Assembly: GCA_049997855.1 (NCBI GenBank)
Contig: JBEKSG010000001.1
Location: forward strand, 1-56,058
DNA: 56,058 bases
Origin: Minisyncoccia bacterium
GTDB lineage: Bacteria; Patescibacteriota; Minisyncoccia; Phycocordibacterales; SBAW01
Reading direction: 5' to 3'
Each line of letters starts with the position of its first letter. The first letter of the stretch is position 1. Below the pieces are notes generated by a model. The model was not told where the DNA came from, ran no database searches, and was given only the letters and a program-made list of their open reading frames with translations. This document shows positions 21,749 to 30,245 of this stretch, piece by piece. Made by a program: the position numbers and the translations under genes.

Positions 21749-22654
21749 ATGAAAACCAGTATGAAAAATAAGAATATTCTGCAAGCCCTTACCGGCATCT
21801 TTGTCGTGTCCGTTCTCATGATTGGGGCACTTTCTATAGCACCTCTCGCGCACGCACAAGAGTTTGGCGATGGTAGCGATGATGGTTGTTGCAGTTATGA
21901 CTATTACGATACTGCGACTCCTTCATACGATAATTCTACACCTTCGTATGATTATTACGATACCGCTATCCCGTCATACGATTATTACGACACCGCTATC
22001 CCTAGCTACTCAACTCCTTCGTATAGTTACTCAACCGGCGGTTACAGCGCCGGTGGTTACTACACTGGGGGATATTCGACCGGCGGTTATAACTACAGTA
22101 CGCCCGGCTCAAATGTGTACGCTCCTACCAACACTACCGTAACGACCGACAACAACACTTGCACCAACAACTCTTGCAACACTAACAACAACATCACCAA
22201 CCCTGCGCCGGTCATCAACAATGTGATTGCTTATCCGCCCACGCAAACGCAAGTTCAGTATTGCGCAGCGGGTTATTACGGTACGTACCCCAATTGTTAT
22301 CTCAATCAGCCGGTTGCGTACAACACTGCAACGCCGTATGTGACACTCACGCAGGTTCCGTATACCGGCCTCGACCTCGGCTTTTGGGGCACGATAGCGT
22401 ATTGGGGTGCGATGATACTCTTTGCACTCGTTGTGGCGTACCTCATTGTCATCAAGCGCGTGCAAAATGTGATTGCGCTCCGCCTCAAATACTTCCTTTT
22501 CGGTTCGACTGACGTCGAGGAGAACAAGGAAGAGATAACGGTCGCTCACACTCCGACGCAAGTCGTGCCTAAGATGTATGCAACTGTTCCTGTCAGTGAG
22601 GACATTGTTGATAGTTTTATCCTCTCGCAGATTAACCGCCCGCGCCGCGCATAA
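21749..22654 (+). CDS. secreted Tyr/Ser/Thr-rich repeat protein with VPYTG-TM sorting-like signal (putative sortase substrate 1)
   Basis: signal ..APLAHA, DGCC, SYDYYDTA x3, YSTGG-type repeats, CTNNSCN, GTYPNC, LTQVPYTG + TM + KR. Confidence 0.8.
   Translation: MKTSMKNKNILQALTGIFVVSVLMIGALSIAPLAHAQEFGDGSDDGCCSYDYYDTATPSYDNSTPSYDYYDTAIPSYDYYDTAIPSYSTPSYSYSTGGYSAGGYYTGGYSTGGYNYSTPGSNVYAPTNTTVTTDNNTCTNNSCNTNNNITNPAPVINNVIAYPPTQTQVQYCAAGYYGTYPNCYLNQPVAYNTATPYVTLTQVPYTGLDLGFWGTIAYWGAMILFALVVAYLIVIKRVQNVIALRLKYFLFGSTDVEENKEEITVAHTPTQVVPKMYATVPVSEDIVDSFILSQINRPRRA
21893..22090 (+). repeat. coding tandem repeats (30-bp PSYDYYDTAI units and 15-bp YSTGG-like units)
   Basis: ccttcgtatgattattacgataccgctatc / ccgtcatacgattattacgacaccgctatc; YSTGG YSAGG YYTGG YSTGG. 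Confidence 0.8.
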
Positions 22655-22670
22655 TTTAAACATATAGTGT

Positions 22671-22709
22671 AAACAAAAAATTCCGCTTCAGAGCGGGATT
22701 TTTTGTTTT
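22671..22709. terminator. bidirectional-type intrinsic terminator
   Basis: aaacaaaaaattccgct-tcag-agcgggattttttgtttt. Confidence 0.75.
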
Positions 22710-22812
22710 GACATGTAGTAAGGATGTGTTTTCATGCATTGCTCATTCAGTTTCGTTACTATACTCTAGAGCCTAGAAGGCCCGACAGACATCGGTTCAA
22801 AAGGAGAACACG

Positions 22813-23373
22813 ATGCGTTCAAGATGGCAATGGCACGTTCTTTGCAATATAGCGTTGGGAGGGTTCCTGCTAGCCTGTTCCGCAAGCTATGCTTTGGCCA
22901 ACTACTGGGTGGCGGATCCGTGTGCCTGCCATCAGCAGCTCCTGGTAGAGAAAGAGGTGCTTCAACCTCCGCCGTCTGTCTACCACCCTGACCACTATCG
23001 ACCGGTACATCCACAGGTCGTGGCGTATCATTCTCAACCGAAGCTTCTAATCATAAAGCGCGAGGTGCCGGTTGCTCGCGAAGGCTGCTCGATTATTGTC
23101 GATGTAAAGACCGAAGGTGAATCTACCATCTTTGTAAAATCTCCAGTATTTGAAGGTGGAATGAGCCGCGGCCTAGTGGTTGAACATGACAGTACAGTGC
23201 ATTTCCCCGTGCCATGCGAGCTCGCCTTTGCGGAGGTTGGGGCGCTTTGTCTCAACCAAGATTACTCGAGAGTATTTAATCCCGAATGGTTTGCGTTTGC
23301 CCGCGGAAACTTGGCGCGTGGCGAGCACGTGCTCAATGCGGGACACCTACTATGGCTTAAGCACACGCAGTAA
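22813..23373 (+). CDS. secreted Cys-containing ORFan (186 aa)
   Basis: signal-like N-terminus ..SASYALA; SD aaggaga; terminator at 23381-23422. Confidence 0.6.
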   Translation: MRSRWQWHVLCNIALGGFLLACSASYALANYWVADPCACHQQLLVEKEVLQPPPSVYHPDHYRPVHPQVVAYHSQPKLLIIKREVPVAREGCSIIVDVKTEGESTIFVKSPVFEGGMSRGLVVEHDSTVHFPVPCELAFAEVGALCLNQDYSRVFNPEWFAFARGNLARGEHVLNAGHLLWLKHTQ

Positions 23374-23462
23374 CGTTGTGAGAGGGGGAGCCGCCTGCTT
23401 GGCTCCCTCTCCCCTCTTTTTTCTTCAAACAAGTGTTTTACCATTAATAATTAGTAATTAGT

Positions 23463-24518
23463 ATGCACAAAAAAGAGAGTTTTTTGTTTAGGACAGTATG
23501 TGATACAGGAGCTGCTTTGTCTATCGGCATTGTGATGCTTGTGTTTTTGTATATGTTTATGCCTGTCATACAAGGAGTAAAACAGGCGGGGATGATATCT
23601 CTTTTTGCTTCGCATATAGCATATGCCGATGACGGAGGTGGTGGTGACTCAGGCGGTGGTGACGGCACCTCGGCTGGAGGAGGCTGTTGCGGAGGGTCAA
23701 CAGGTAGTGGAGGAGGCGAGGGCAGCATGGGAGGTGGCGGCCACGGCGGTGGAACATATAATCCGCTTCCACCTATATGCTCTTTAAACACAACCGGGTT
23801 GTATCCAAATTGTATGCCAATCACGCCGCCGAGTTGCCCAAGTAATACTACGGGGACGTACCCCAATTGCGTACCCATAACACCGCCGAGTTGCCCGAGC
23901 AACACAACCGGCACATATCCCAATTGTGTACCTATCGTGTGTCCGGCAAACACTACGGGTACGTACCCTAACTGTACGCCAGTTACGCCGCCGAGCTGTC
24001 CAAGCAATACAACAGGGACGTATCCAAACTGTATTGTGATAGTGACAGGAGGAGGGAATACAAACAATAATTGCGTAGACAATAGTTGCAACACAAACAA
24101 CACTACAAACAACAATACGTCCAGTTACAGCTACAATAATACGTCTAACAATTACAATAGTTCTGATCAATATTATCAGCGGCAGTATATCCAAAGCGTG
24201 TATCACAACAGAAATCAGTACTACTCTCAACCGCAATACTCTCAACCGCAATACTATTACCCTCAACCGATTGCCTATCAACAGCCGGTGATATATCAAA
24301 GCCAGCAATATGTACCTTCCTATCAAACGCAAGTAGAGCTCTCCCAAGTGCCATACACCGGCCTCGACCTCGGCTTTTGGGGCACGATAGCATATTGGGG
24401 CTTTATATGGTTTTGGGTATTTGCAGCCGCATACCTTGTGGCGGTAAAGGGAGTGCTCAATCGTTTTTGGAGATGGTTGATGCAGGTATTGTACGGAGAT
24501 GAGTGGGCGCTTAGCTAA
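23463..24518 (+). CDS. secreted Cys-repeat protein with VPYTG-TM sorting-like signal (putative sortase substrate 2)
   Basis: hydrophobic N-terminus ..HIAYA, Gly-rich with GGCC, 5x CPxNTTGTYPNC, CVDNSCN, Q/Y-rich segment, LSQVPYTG + TM + basic residues. Confidence 0.8.
   Translation: MHKKESFLFRTVCDTGAALSIGIVMLVFLYMFMPVIQGVKQAGMISLFASHIAYADDGGGGDSGGGDGTSAGGGCCGGSTGSGGGEGSMGGGGHGGGTYNPLPPICSLNTTGLYPNCMPITPPSCPSNTTGTYPNCVPITPPSCPSNTTGTYPNCVPIVCPANTTGTYPNCTPVTPPSCPSNTTGTYPNCIVIVTGGGNTNNNCVDNSCNTNNTTNNNTSSYSYNNTSNNYNSSDQYYQRQYIQSVYHNRNQYYSQPQYSQPQYYYPQPIAYQQPVIYQSQQYVPSYQTQVELSQVPYTGLDLGFWGTIAYWGFIWFWVFAAAYLVAVKGVLNRFWRWLMQVLYGDEWALS
23778..24032 (+). repeat. five coding repeats of CPSNTTGTYPNC(VPITPPS), about 57-bp unit
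   Basis: seen in translation; synonymous sites have diverged between units. Confidence 0.9.
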
Positions 24519-24528
24519 AAATATTCTC

Positions 24529-24635
24529 AAGCAAGAAAACCAAAATAAAAATCTTTAACTCCACTTTTTATAGTCGCTCCGCTCCTTAAAAAGCGGCACG
24601 CCCCCGCCTGGATTTTTATTTTGGCTTTCTTGCTT
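24529..24635. repeat. 107-bp inverted-repeat element (25-bp arms, 1 mismatch) between convergent genes
   Basis: aagcaagaaaaccaaaataaaaatc (24529-24553) / gatttttattttggctttcttgctt (24611-24635); inner hairpin ccacttttta..cgctccgctc..taaaaagcgg. Confidence 0.85.
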
Positions 24636-25842
24636 ATGCTCGTGCTGTAATTTCCTCTTTTAATTTTTTGGCAATCTCGGCAATAGGGAGCGCGCCTACT
24701 TTACCTTCGCGACCTTCGAGCGTTGCGGTTTTGGCTGCCACTTCGGCGTCGCCAATGACCAACGTGTAGGGGATTTTTTGTGTTTTTGCTTCGCGGATTT
24801 TTTTGCCCAAAGTTTCATTGGACTCATCTATGTCGGCGCGGATGCCGGCTGTCTTTAATTGTTTTACAACATCAGTGGCAAACGCTTTGTGTGAGTCGCT
24901 AATAGGCAACACGCGCGCCTGTACCGGCGAGAGCCAGGTAGGGAGCGCGCCGTCAAAATGCTCGAGCAAAATTGCCGTGCATCGCTCAAGCGAGCCGGCA
25001 ATAGCCGAGTGTATCATCACAATGCGCTCTTTCTCTCCTTTTTCATTAATACATGTAAGGTCAAAACGCTCGGGGAGATTCATGTCGAGCTGTATGGTAG
25101 CCACTTGCCACTCGCGGCCCGCGGCATTTTTTGCCATAAAGTCGAGCTTGGGGCCGTAAAGTGCCGCCTCGCCGGGGCCTTCAAAATAATCGGCATTGCG
25201 CTCCTTGGCTATCTCGCGCAAAGCTCCTTCGGCAGTGTCCCAAATTTTTGGTGTGCCCAGATATTTGCTTGGCTCTTTAGGATCGCGGAAGGAGAGCCGC
25301 ACGCGTAGCGTGAATCCGAAGGTTTTGTAAAAGGTATCCACCACATCCCAAATATTGAAAAACTCTTGTTTGATTTGGCTTGTACGGCAAAACACATGGC
25401 TGTCGTCTTGCGTGATGGAGAGCACGCGCGTAAGCCCGCCGAGTTCGCCCGACTGCTCGTCGCGATAGACCATGGTTGTCTCGGCATAGCGTTGCGGCAT
25501 CTCGCGGTAACTGTGCGGCTTGCGTGCAAAAATTTGAATGTGATGCGGACAGTTCATTGGCTTCAGCGCATACATGCGGCCTTCACGCGAGGTGATGCGG
25601 AAAAGTTCGTCTGCAAATTTGTCCCAATGGCCGGAGGTTTGATACAGTTCTTTTTTTGCGATGTGGGGGATTGTAACGCGGCCGTAGTCGTGTTTGGAGC
25701 GCAGCTCCCAGACAAACGCGTCGAGCTCCTGGCGGACAATAGTGCCGCGCGGCGTCCAAAGCGGAAGACCGGGGCCGACCAAATCAGAGAACGTAAATAA
25801 ATCGAGCTCTTGCCCAATCTTACGATGGTCGCATTCTTCCAT
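24634..25842 (-). CDS. thrS: threonine-tRNA ligase lacking the N-terminal TGS/editing domains
   Basis: starts at DHRKIGQELDLF; SGHW, LKPMNCPHH, YRDEQSGEL.GLTRV, ALYGPKLD, TIQLD, IHSAIAGSLER. Confidence 0.95.
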   Translation of the reverse strand: MEECDHRKIGQELDLFTFSDLVGPGLPLWTPRGTIVRQELDAFVWELRSKHDYGRVTIPHIAKKELYQTSGHWDKFADELFRITSREGRMYALKPMNCPHHIQIFARKPHSYREMPQRYAETTMVYRDEQSGELGGLTRVLSITQDDSHVFCRTSQIKQEFFNIWDVVDTFYKTFGFTLRVRLSFRDPKEPSKYLGTPKIWDTAEGALREIAKERNADYFEGPGEAALYGPKLDFMAKNAAGREWQVATIQLDMNLPERFDLTCINEKGEKERIVMIHSAIAGSLERCTAILLEHFDGALPTWLSPVQARVLPISDSHKAFATDVVKQLKTAGIRADIDESNETLGKKIREAKTQKIPYTLVIGDAEVAAKTATLEGREGKVGALPIAEIAKKLKEEITARA

Positions 25843-25913
25843 AATTAGCTATAGTACTACGTGCAATTTTTTATGCAAAAGAAAAGAGCAACCCGTAGGC
25901 TGCTCAGGATGCC

Positions 25914-26129
25914 CTAGATTGGGCGAGTGTGTCTGGTTTGCGCAAAGTTGCGCAAATCCGCAATGCGCTGATTGTGCGCATCTGCTTCGAACTGGTTGTC
26001 GAAGTCGGAAATTGGCTGGTCAAACTCCGGGGAACCCGGACCTTTCGTCCCGGCCGGCGCCGTTTCGCCCTCCCAGTGCAGAAGAGAAGGATCTCTGCAT
26101 TTTTGGGAAAGTTTTTCTTGTCCCGCCAT
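25914..26129 (-). CDS. small hypothetical protein (71 aa)
   Basis: SD aggagga before ATG; hairpin gagcaacc/ggctgctc + T-run downstream. Confidence 0.5.
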   Translation of the reverse strand: MAGQEKLSQKCRDPSLLHWEGETAPAGTKGPGSPEFDQPISDFDNQFEADAHNQRIADLRNFAQTRHTRPI

Positions 26130-26197
26130 TATCGTCCTCCTGGGCTAAGTGTTAAACTTCCACAGAAAATAATAACACGTTATAAAATATAAGACAA

Positions 26198-29100
26198 CTA
26201 AAGGGCTTTGAGAGCTTCGGCGACCATTGAAAGCTCGCCGTTGCGACTGGTAAGTTTGCCTTTGAGTGCAATGCAATTTTCGGTCTTTAAAATGTTGCGG
26301 TATTCGGCGTAATTTTTTGGAAACACCACTGCTTCCATTGATCCGTCGAAGTCGGCGATTTTTATAAACGCCATCGGATCGCCGTTTTTGGTGAGATGAA
26401 TGCGGATATCCTGTATCATACCCACCGCAACCACCAGCATGCCGGGACGGTGTTTTATTTTGAGCTCACTCAATGTCATCGGGCGCTTGTTCAACTTTTC
26501 TTTATATTTGTCGAGGGGATGCCCAGAGACATAAAGACCGAGTAATTCCTTTTCCCACGCGAGGCGCTCTTCCTGGCTTGCTGCTTTGGCGGGCGGGAGT
26601 TTGAGCTCGCTCTCGGCGGCGCCGAGCCCGACAAAAAGCGAATCTTGCGACTGCTCATGGCCTGCGTCGCGGTGATATTGCAATAAGAGTTCTATTGAAG
26701 CGAGCATTTGACCCCGCTCTCCCAAGTGGTCGAGTGCACCGCATTGTATCAAACTCTCAAGCCCGCGTTTGTTGAGTGTTTGATCTTTAACGCGCGAGAG
26801 AAAATTGCCGAGGCTCCCAAACTTGCCGCTGGCTCCGCGCTCTTTGATGATGCTGTCGGCGATGCTCGTGCCGAAGTTTTTAATCGAGTAAAGACCAAAG
26901 CGGATAGCTCTTCCAGACGATGTTGTCCCTCCGCCCTCGTCATAGGATGCGCGCGTCAAGACAGCATCGTCCTGCGGAGTTGCCAAAGAATTTTCTTGCG
27001 CATCTGATGACGAGGAAGAAAATTTTTTGGCAATGGAGCTCTGAATGACCGTAAACACGCCAAAACTTTCGTTTACATCGGGTGGCAACACCGGCACACC
27101 CATCCGTTTGCACTCGGCAACCATGAGAGAGACGGTATCGATGTCGCCGGCTTCGGCGGTGAGCACCGCCGCCATGTACTCGACCGGATAATTGGCTTTG
27201 AGATACGCGGTTTGATACGCCACTTTGCCGTAGCTTGCGGCGTGCGCTTTGTTAAATCCATATGCCGCAAACGGCTCTATCCATGCCCACGTAGCTTCGG
27301 CTTTTTTGCGCGGCCATTTAGAGTGCTCGACGCATCCTTTGATAAACTTTTCTTTTTGAGCCTCCATCTCGGCGGGAATTTTTTTGCCCACCGCTTTGCG
27401 AAACTTATCGACCTCGCCCCAGGTGTAGCCCGCGAGTTCGTGCGCCATGATCAACAGGTCGTCTTGATACACCAAGATGCCGTAGGTTTGCTTGAGTATC
27501 GGCTCCATCGCTTTATCCATGTAGCGGATAAGCACGGGATTGTGTTTGCGCTCGATGTACTGCGGGATAAATTGCATCGGTCCGGGGCGAAAGAGCGCCA
27601 CCATCGCGTTGATGTCGTGTATGGTGCTTGGCTTCAACTCTTTAAGAAAACGCGTCATACCCGAGCCGTTGAGTTGGAAGGTGCCTTCGGTCTGTCCATC
27701 GGTGAGCATATCGTAGGTTTTTTTGTCGTCGATTGGGATTGTTTCTATATCAATATCCTCGCCACGCGTCTGTTTAATGAGCTTGACCGCGGCGGCGAGG
27801 ATGGAGAGGTTCCGAATACCGAGAAAGTCGAACTTCGTGAGCCCCACACCGTCTTCGCCGACCGAGTACATGTCGTACTGCGTGATAATCTTGCCGCCCT
27901 TGGGGTCGAGCTGGAGCGGCGCATATTCGATGAGCGGCTTGGGCGCGATAACCACACCGGCGGCGTGCACCGAAATGTGCCGCGCGCAACCCTCGATTTT
28001 TTTGCCGAGGTCAATAATATCTTTAACCTCCGGTTCTGCTTTGTACATGTTTGAAAGCTCCGCGTTTTCGGTAAGCGCGCGATCAAGTGTCATAGGGAAG
28101 CCTTGTGAGCCAAAGGGGATTTCTTTTGCAATACGATCGCCAACGCCATACGCAAGCCCAAGCGCGCGCGCCACGTCGCGCACGACGCCGCGCGCGAGCA
28201 TGGTGCCAAAGGTCCCGATTTGCGCTACATGGTCCTCGCCGTATTTTTTACGCGCATACTCGATCACTTCGTCACGGCGGTTGTCGGCAAAGTCCATATC
28301 GATATCGGGCGCCGAAGGGCGCTCGGGATTTAAAAAGCGCTCAAAAGGGATGTTGTATGCGAGCGGATCGATAGTGGTGATGTGGAGCAGGTAGGTGGTC
28401 ATCGAGCCGGCAACCGAGCCGCGGATGGTGGTGTAAATGCCGTGCTCGCGCGCAAAGCGGATGAGATCCTCCACAACCAAAAAGTACGCGGCGTAGCCTT
28501 TAAATGCAATGATATCGAGCTCATAGTTGAGCCGCAGGAGCATGTCCTGTCTGCCTTCGAACCCGCGGCGTTTGAGACCGTTCATGCTGAGCGCGCGCAA
28601 GTACTCGTCGGCGCTCACGCCCTCAGGGAGCGGAAACTCGGGGAAGATAAATTTGCCGAGCGTGAGCTCGAGGTTACAGCGCCCGGCTATCTCGAGTGTT
28701 TTGGCGAGCTCTGCTTCGGTAAATTCTTGTTCCATCTGCCCGCGAGCGGGGAAGAAGTACTCCTCGTCTTCTTCGGCGGTAAGGTCGCCGTTTTGGGTAT
28801 CACTTTCCACGCCGCGATTTTCTATCGCTCTCAGCGTCTCCCACGCGCGGCGATCGTTTGGCTCCATGTAAAAAATTTCGTGCAGCGCAACATCGGTGTA
28901 AAAATTTTTTTCTCCAAAAATAGGTTTATATTCTGCTGGATTTGCTCCTTTTATGCGCGGTACGGCGGCAATAAGCCCCTCGTGATGGCGGGCGAGCATC
29001 TCCTTGGTAACCGTAGGCTTGCCATCGTGCGGTGCAAAATACGACTCGGTTACAATTGCAAGCAAATTTTTGTAGCCCTGCTCGTTTTCGACATACAACA

Positions 29101-29332
29101 GTATGCGTGAATCATTTTCCAGTCGCGCCTCAAGGCCGATGATTGGCTTGATATCGGCATGTCTGCACTCTTTGTAAAACTCAATGGCGCCGTACAGATT
29201 GCCGAGGTCGGTAAGCGCAAGCGCGTCGCATCCAAGCGAGGCGGCACGTTCAACCAGCTGCGGTATTTTAGGCAAAGCGCCGAGGAGCGAGTAGTGCGAG
29301 TGGACGTGCAGATGGGCAAACTTTGCGGGCAT
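26198..29332 (-). CDS. dnaE: DNA polymerase III alpha subunit
   Basis: FAHLHVHSHYSLL, RGSVAGS, FERFLNPER...PDIDMDF, KFDFLG, YGFNKAHA, EKELLGLYVSGHPL; start MPAKF at 29332. Confidence 0.96.
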   Translation of the reverse strand: MPAKFAHLHVHSHYSLLGALPKIPQLVERAASLGCDALALTDLGNLYGAIEFYKECRHADIKPIIGLEARLENDSRILLYVENEQGYKNLLAIVTESYFAPHDGKPTVTKEMLARHHEGLIAAVPRIKGANPAEYKPIFGEKNFYTDVALHEIFYMEPNDRRAWETLRAIENRGVESDTQNGDLTAEEDEEYFFPARGQMEQEFTEAELAKTLEIAGRCNLELTLGKFIFPEFPLPEGVSADEYLRALSMNGLKRRGFEGRQDMLLRLNYELDIIAFKGYAAYFLVVEDLIRFAREHGIYTTIRGSVAGSMTTYLLHITTIDPLAYNIPFERFLNPERPSAPDIDMDFADNRRDEVIEYARKKYGEDHVAQIGTFGTMLARGVVRDVARALGLAYGVGDRIAKEIPFGSQGFPMTLDRALTENAELSNMYKAEPEVKDIIDLGKKIEGCARHISVHAAGVVIAPKPLIEYAPLQLDPKGGKIITQYDMYSVGEDGVGLTKFDFLGIRNLSILAAAVKLIKQTRGEDIDIETIPIDDKKTYDMLTDGQTEGTFQLNGSGMTRFLKELKPSTIHDINAMVALFRPGPMQFIPQYIERKHNPVLIRYMDKAMEPILKQTYGILVYQDDLLIMAHELAGYTWGEVDKFRKAVGKKIPAEMEAQKEKFIKGCVEHSKWPRKKAEATWAWIEPFAAYGFNKAHAASYGKVAYQTAYLKANYPVEYMAAVLTAEAGDIDTVSLMVAECKRMGVPVLPPDVNESFGVFTVIQSSIAKKFSSSSSDAQENSLATPQDDAVLTRASYDEGGGTTSSGRAIRFGLYSIKNFGTSIADSIIKERGASGKFGSLGNFLSRVKDQTLNKRGLESLIQCGALDHLGERGQMLASIELLLQYHRDAGHEQSQDSLFVGLGAAESELKLPPAKAASQEERLAWEKELLGLYVSGHPLDKYKEKLNKRPMTLSELKIKHRPGMLVVAVGMIQDIRIHLTKNGDPMAFIKIADFDGSMEAVVFPKNYAEYRNILKTENCIALKGKLTSRNGELSMVAEALKAL
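26906..27040. repeat. 135-bp branched palindromic insertion, in frame in dnaE
   Basis: hairpin A gacgatgttgtc(26916-27)/gacagcatcgtc(26960-71); hairpin B ttgccaaagaattttctt(26980-97)/aagaaaattttttggcaa(27016-33); outer agctc..cca/tggagct. Confidence 0.8.
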
Positions 29333-29353
29333 AAAGGGATTATACTCTATGGC
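29333..29353. promoter_or_regulatory. overlapping bidirectional -10 elements for leaderless dnaE (-) and rnhB (+)
   Basis: - strand TATAAT (29344-29339), 6 nt before dnaE ATG; + strand TATACT (29341-46), 7 nt before in-frame GTG 29354. Confidence 0.65.
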
Positions 29354-29356
29354 GTG

Positions 29357-29953
29357 ATGAAGCGCTGGATTATGGGCATAGACGAGGTCGGTCGGGGGCC
29401 GCTTGCGGGGCCAGTGGCGGTTGGGCTCGTGATGGTACGAAGTGGGTTTAACATCGCAAAGCATTTTCCCGATATTGCGGACTCTAAGACTTTGTCAGAG
29501 AAAAAGAGGGAGGAGATATATAAACTTCTCCTCGCACGAAAAAAGACCGGCGACGTTTTGTTTTGTGTTCGTTTCTCTGGTAATACATATATAGACGAGT
29601 ATGGTATCACGCGTGCGGTGCGGCGCTCTATATATAAAGGAGTGCGCCTGCTGGCGCCAAAGCCGCAAGGCGTGCGCATTGTGCTCGATGGCCTTTTGCA
29701 TGCGCCAGAGGAGTATCGGCAAGAGACTATTGTGCGAGGCGACGTTATCGAGCCAATCATTTCGCTTGCATCGATCGCCGCCAAAGTGGAGCGCGACAGG
29801 CTGATGAAGAAGCTTGCTAAAAAATATCCCGGGTATGGCTTTGAGGAACATAAAGGATACGGAACCCGAAAACATTTTAAAGCGATAGCGCACCTCGGGC
29901 TTTCTCGTATACACCGTCGTTCTTTTTGTAAAAATAAGGGAGGTATGGTATAG
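29357..29953 (+). CDS. rnhB: ribonuclease HII
   Basis: GIDEVGRGPLAGPV, DSKTLS, LDG, SLASIAAKVERD, HKGYGT, HRRSF; GTG 29354 is an alternative start. Confidence 0.95.
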   Translation: MKRWIMGIDEVGRGPLAGPVAVGLVMVRSGFNIAKHFPDIADSKTLSEKKREEIYKLLLARKKTGDVLFCVRFSGNTYIDEYGITRAVRRSIYKGVRLLAPKPQGVRIVLDGLLHAPEEYRQETIVRGDVIEPIISLASIAAKVERDRLMKKLAKKYPGYGFEEHKGYGTRKHFKAIAHLGLSRIHRRSFCKNKGGMV

Positions 29954-29960
29954 TTTCCGC

Positions 29961-30194
29961 ATGGTCGTGAGGATGAGGCATAATCGGTCGCAAACGGGAA
30001 ACACCCGTTCGCACCATGCACTAGAGGCTCTCTCGCTCGTTACATGCGAGTGCGGGACTCAGCGTGTCTCTCACCGTGCCTGCCCGGCGTGCGGGCGTTA
30101 CAACGGCAAGGTGGCGGTAGACGTAGCCGCCAAAGCGCAAGCTCGCGCTGAACGCCGCACCAAAAAGGCCGAACACGACGGAAAGGAAAAGTAG
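29961..30194 (+). CDS. rpmF: 50S ribosomal protein L32
   Basis: RSHHAL..CECG...SHRACPACGRYNG. Confidence 0.9.
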   Translation: MVVRMRHNRSQTGNTRSHHALEALSLVTCECGTQRVSHRACPACGRYNGKVAVDVAAKAQARAERRTKKAEHDGKEK

Positions 30195-30245
30195 TTCAGC
30201 AAAGTTTACAGGACGGGTGCGGGTTTCAAAAGTTCTTTTTCACCT

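Noticed and set aside
21749-24518. Diversity-generating retroelement (TR/VR pair) behind the shared repeat
   Set aside because: The shared block is identical rather than adenine-mutated, both copies are coding, and no reverse transcriptase is present.
26906-27040. Intein or intron in dnaE
   Set aside because: The insert is only about 45 aa, with no C-terminal His-Asn followed by Cys/Ser/Thr and no group I/II intron hallmarks; the frame stays open.
29159-29464. Overlapping N-terminal extensions of dnaE and rnhB in the ORF track (also pfkB, pheS, gyrB, rnc, hisS, truB)
   Set aside because: The extensions are non-homologous and overlap neighbouring genes. Conserved N-termini and -10 boxes support the downstream starts used here.
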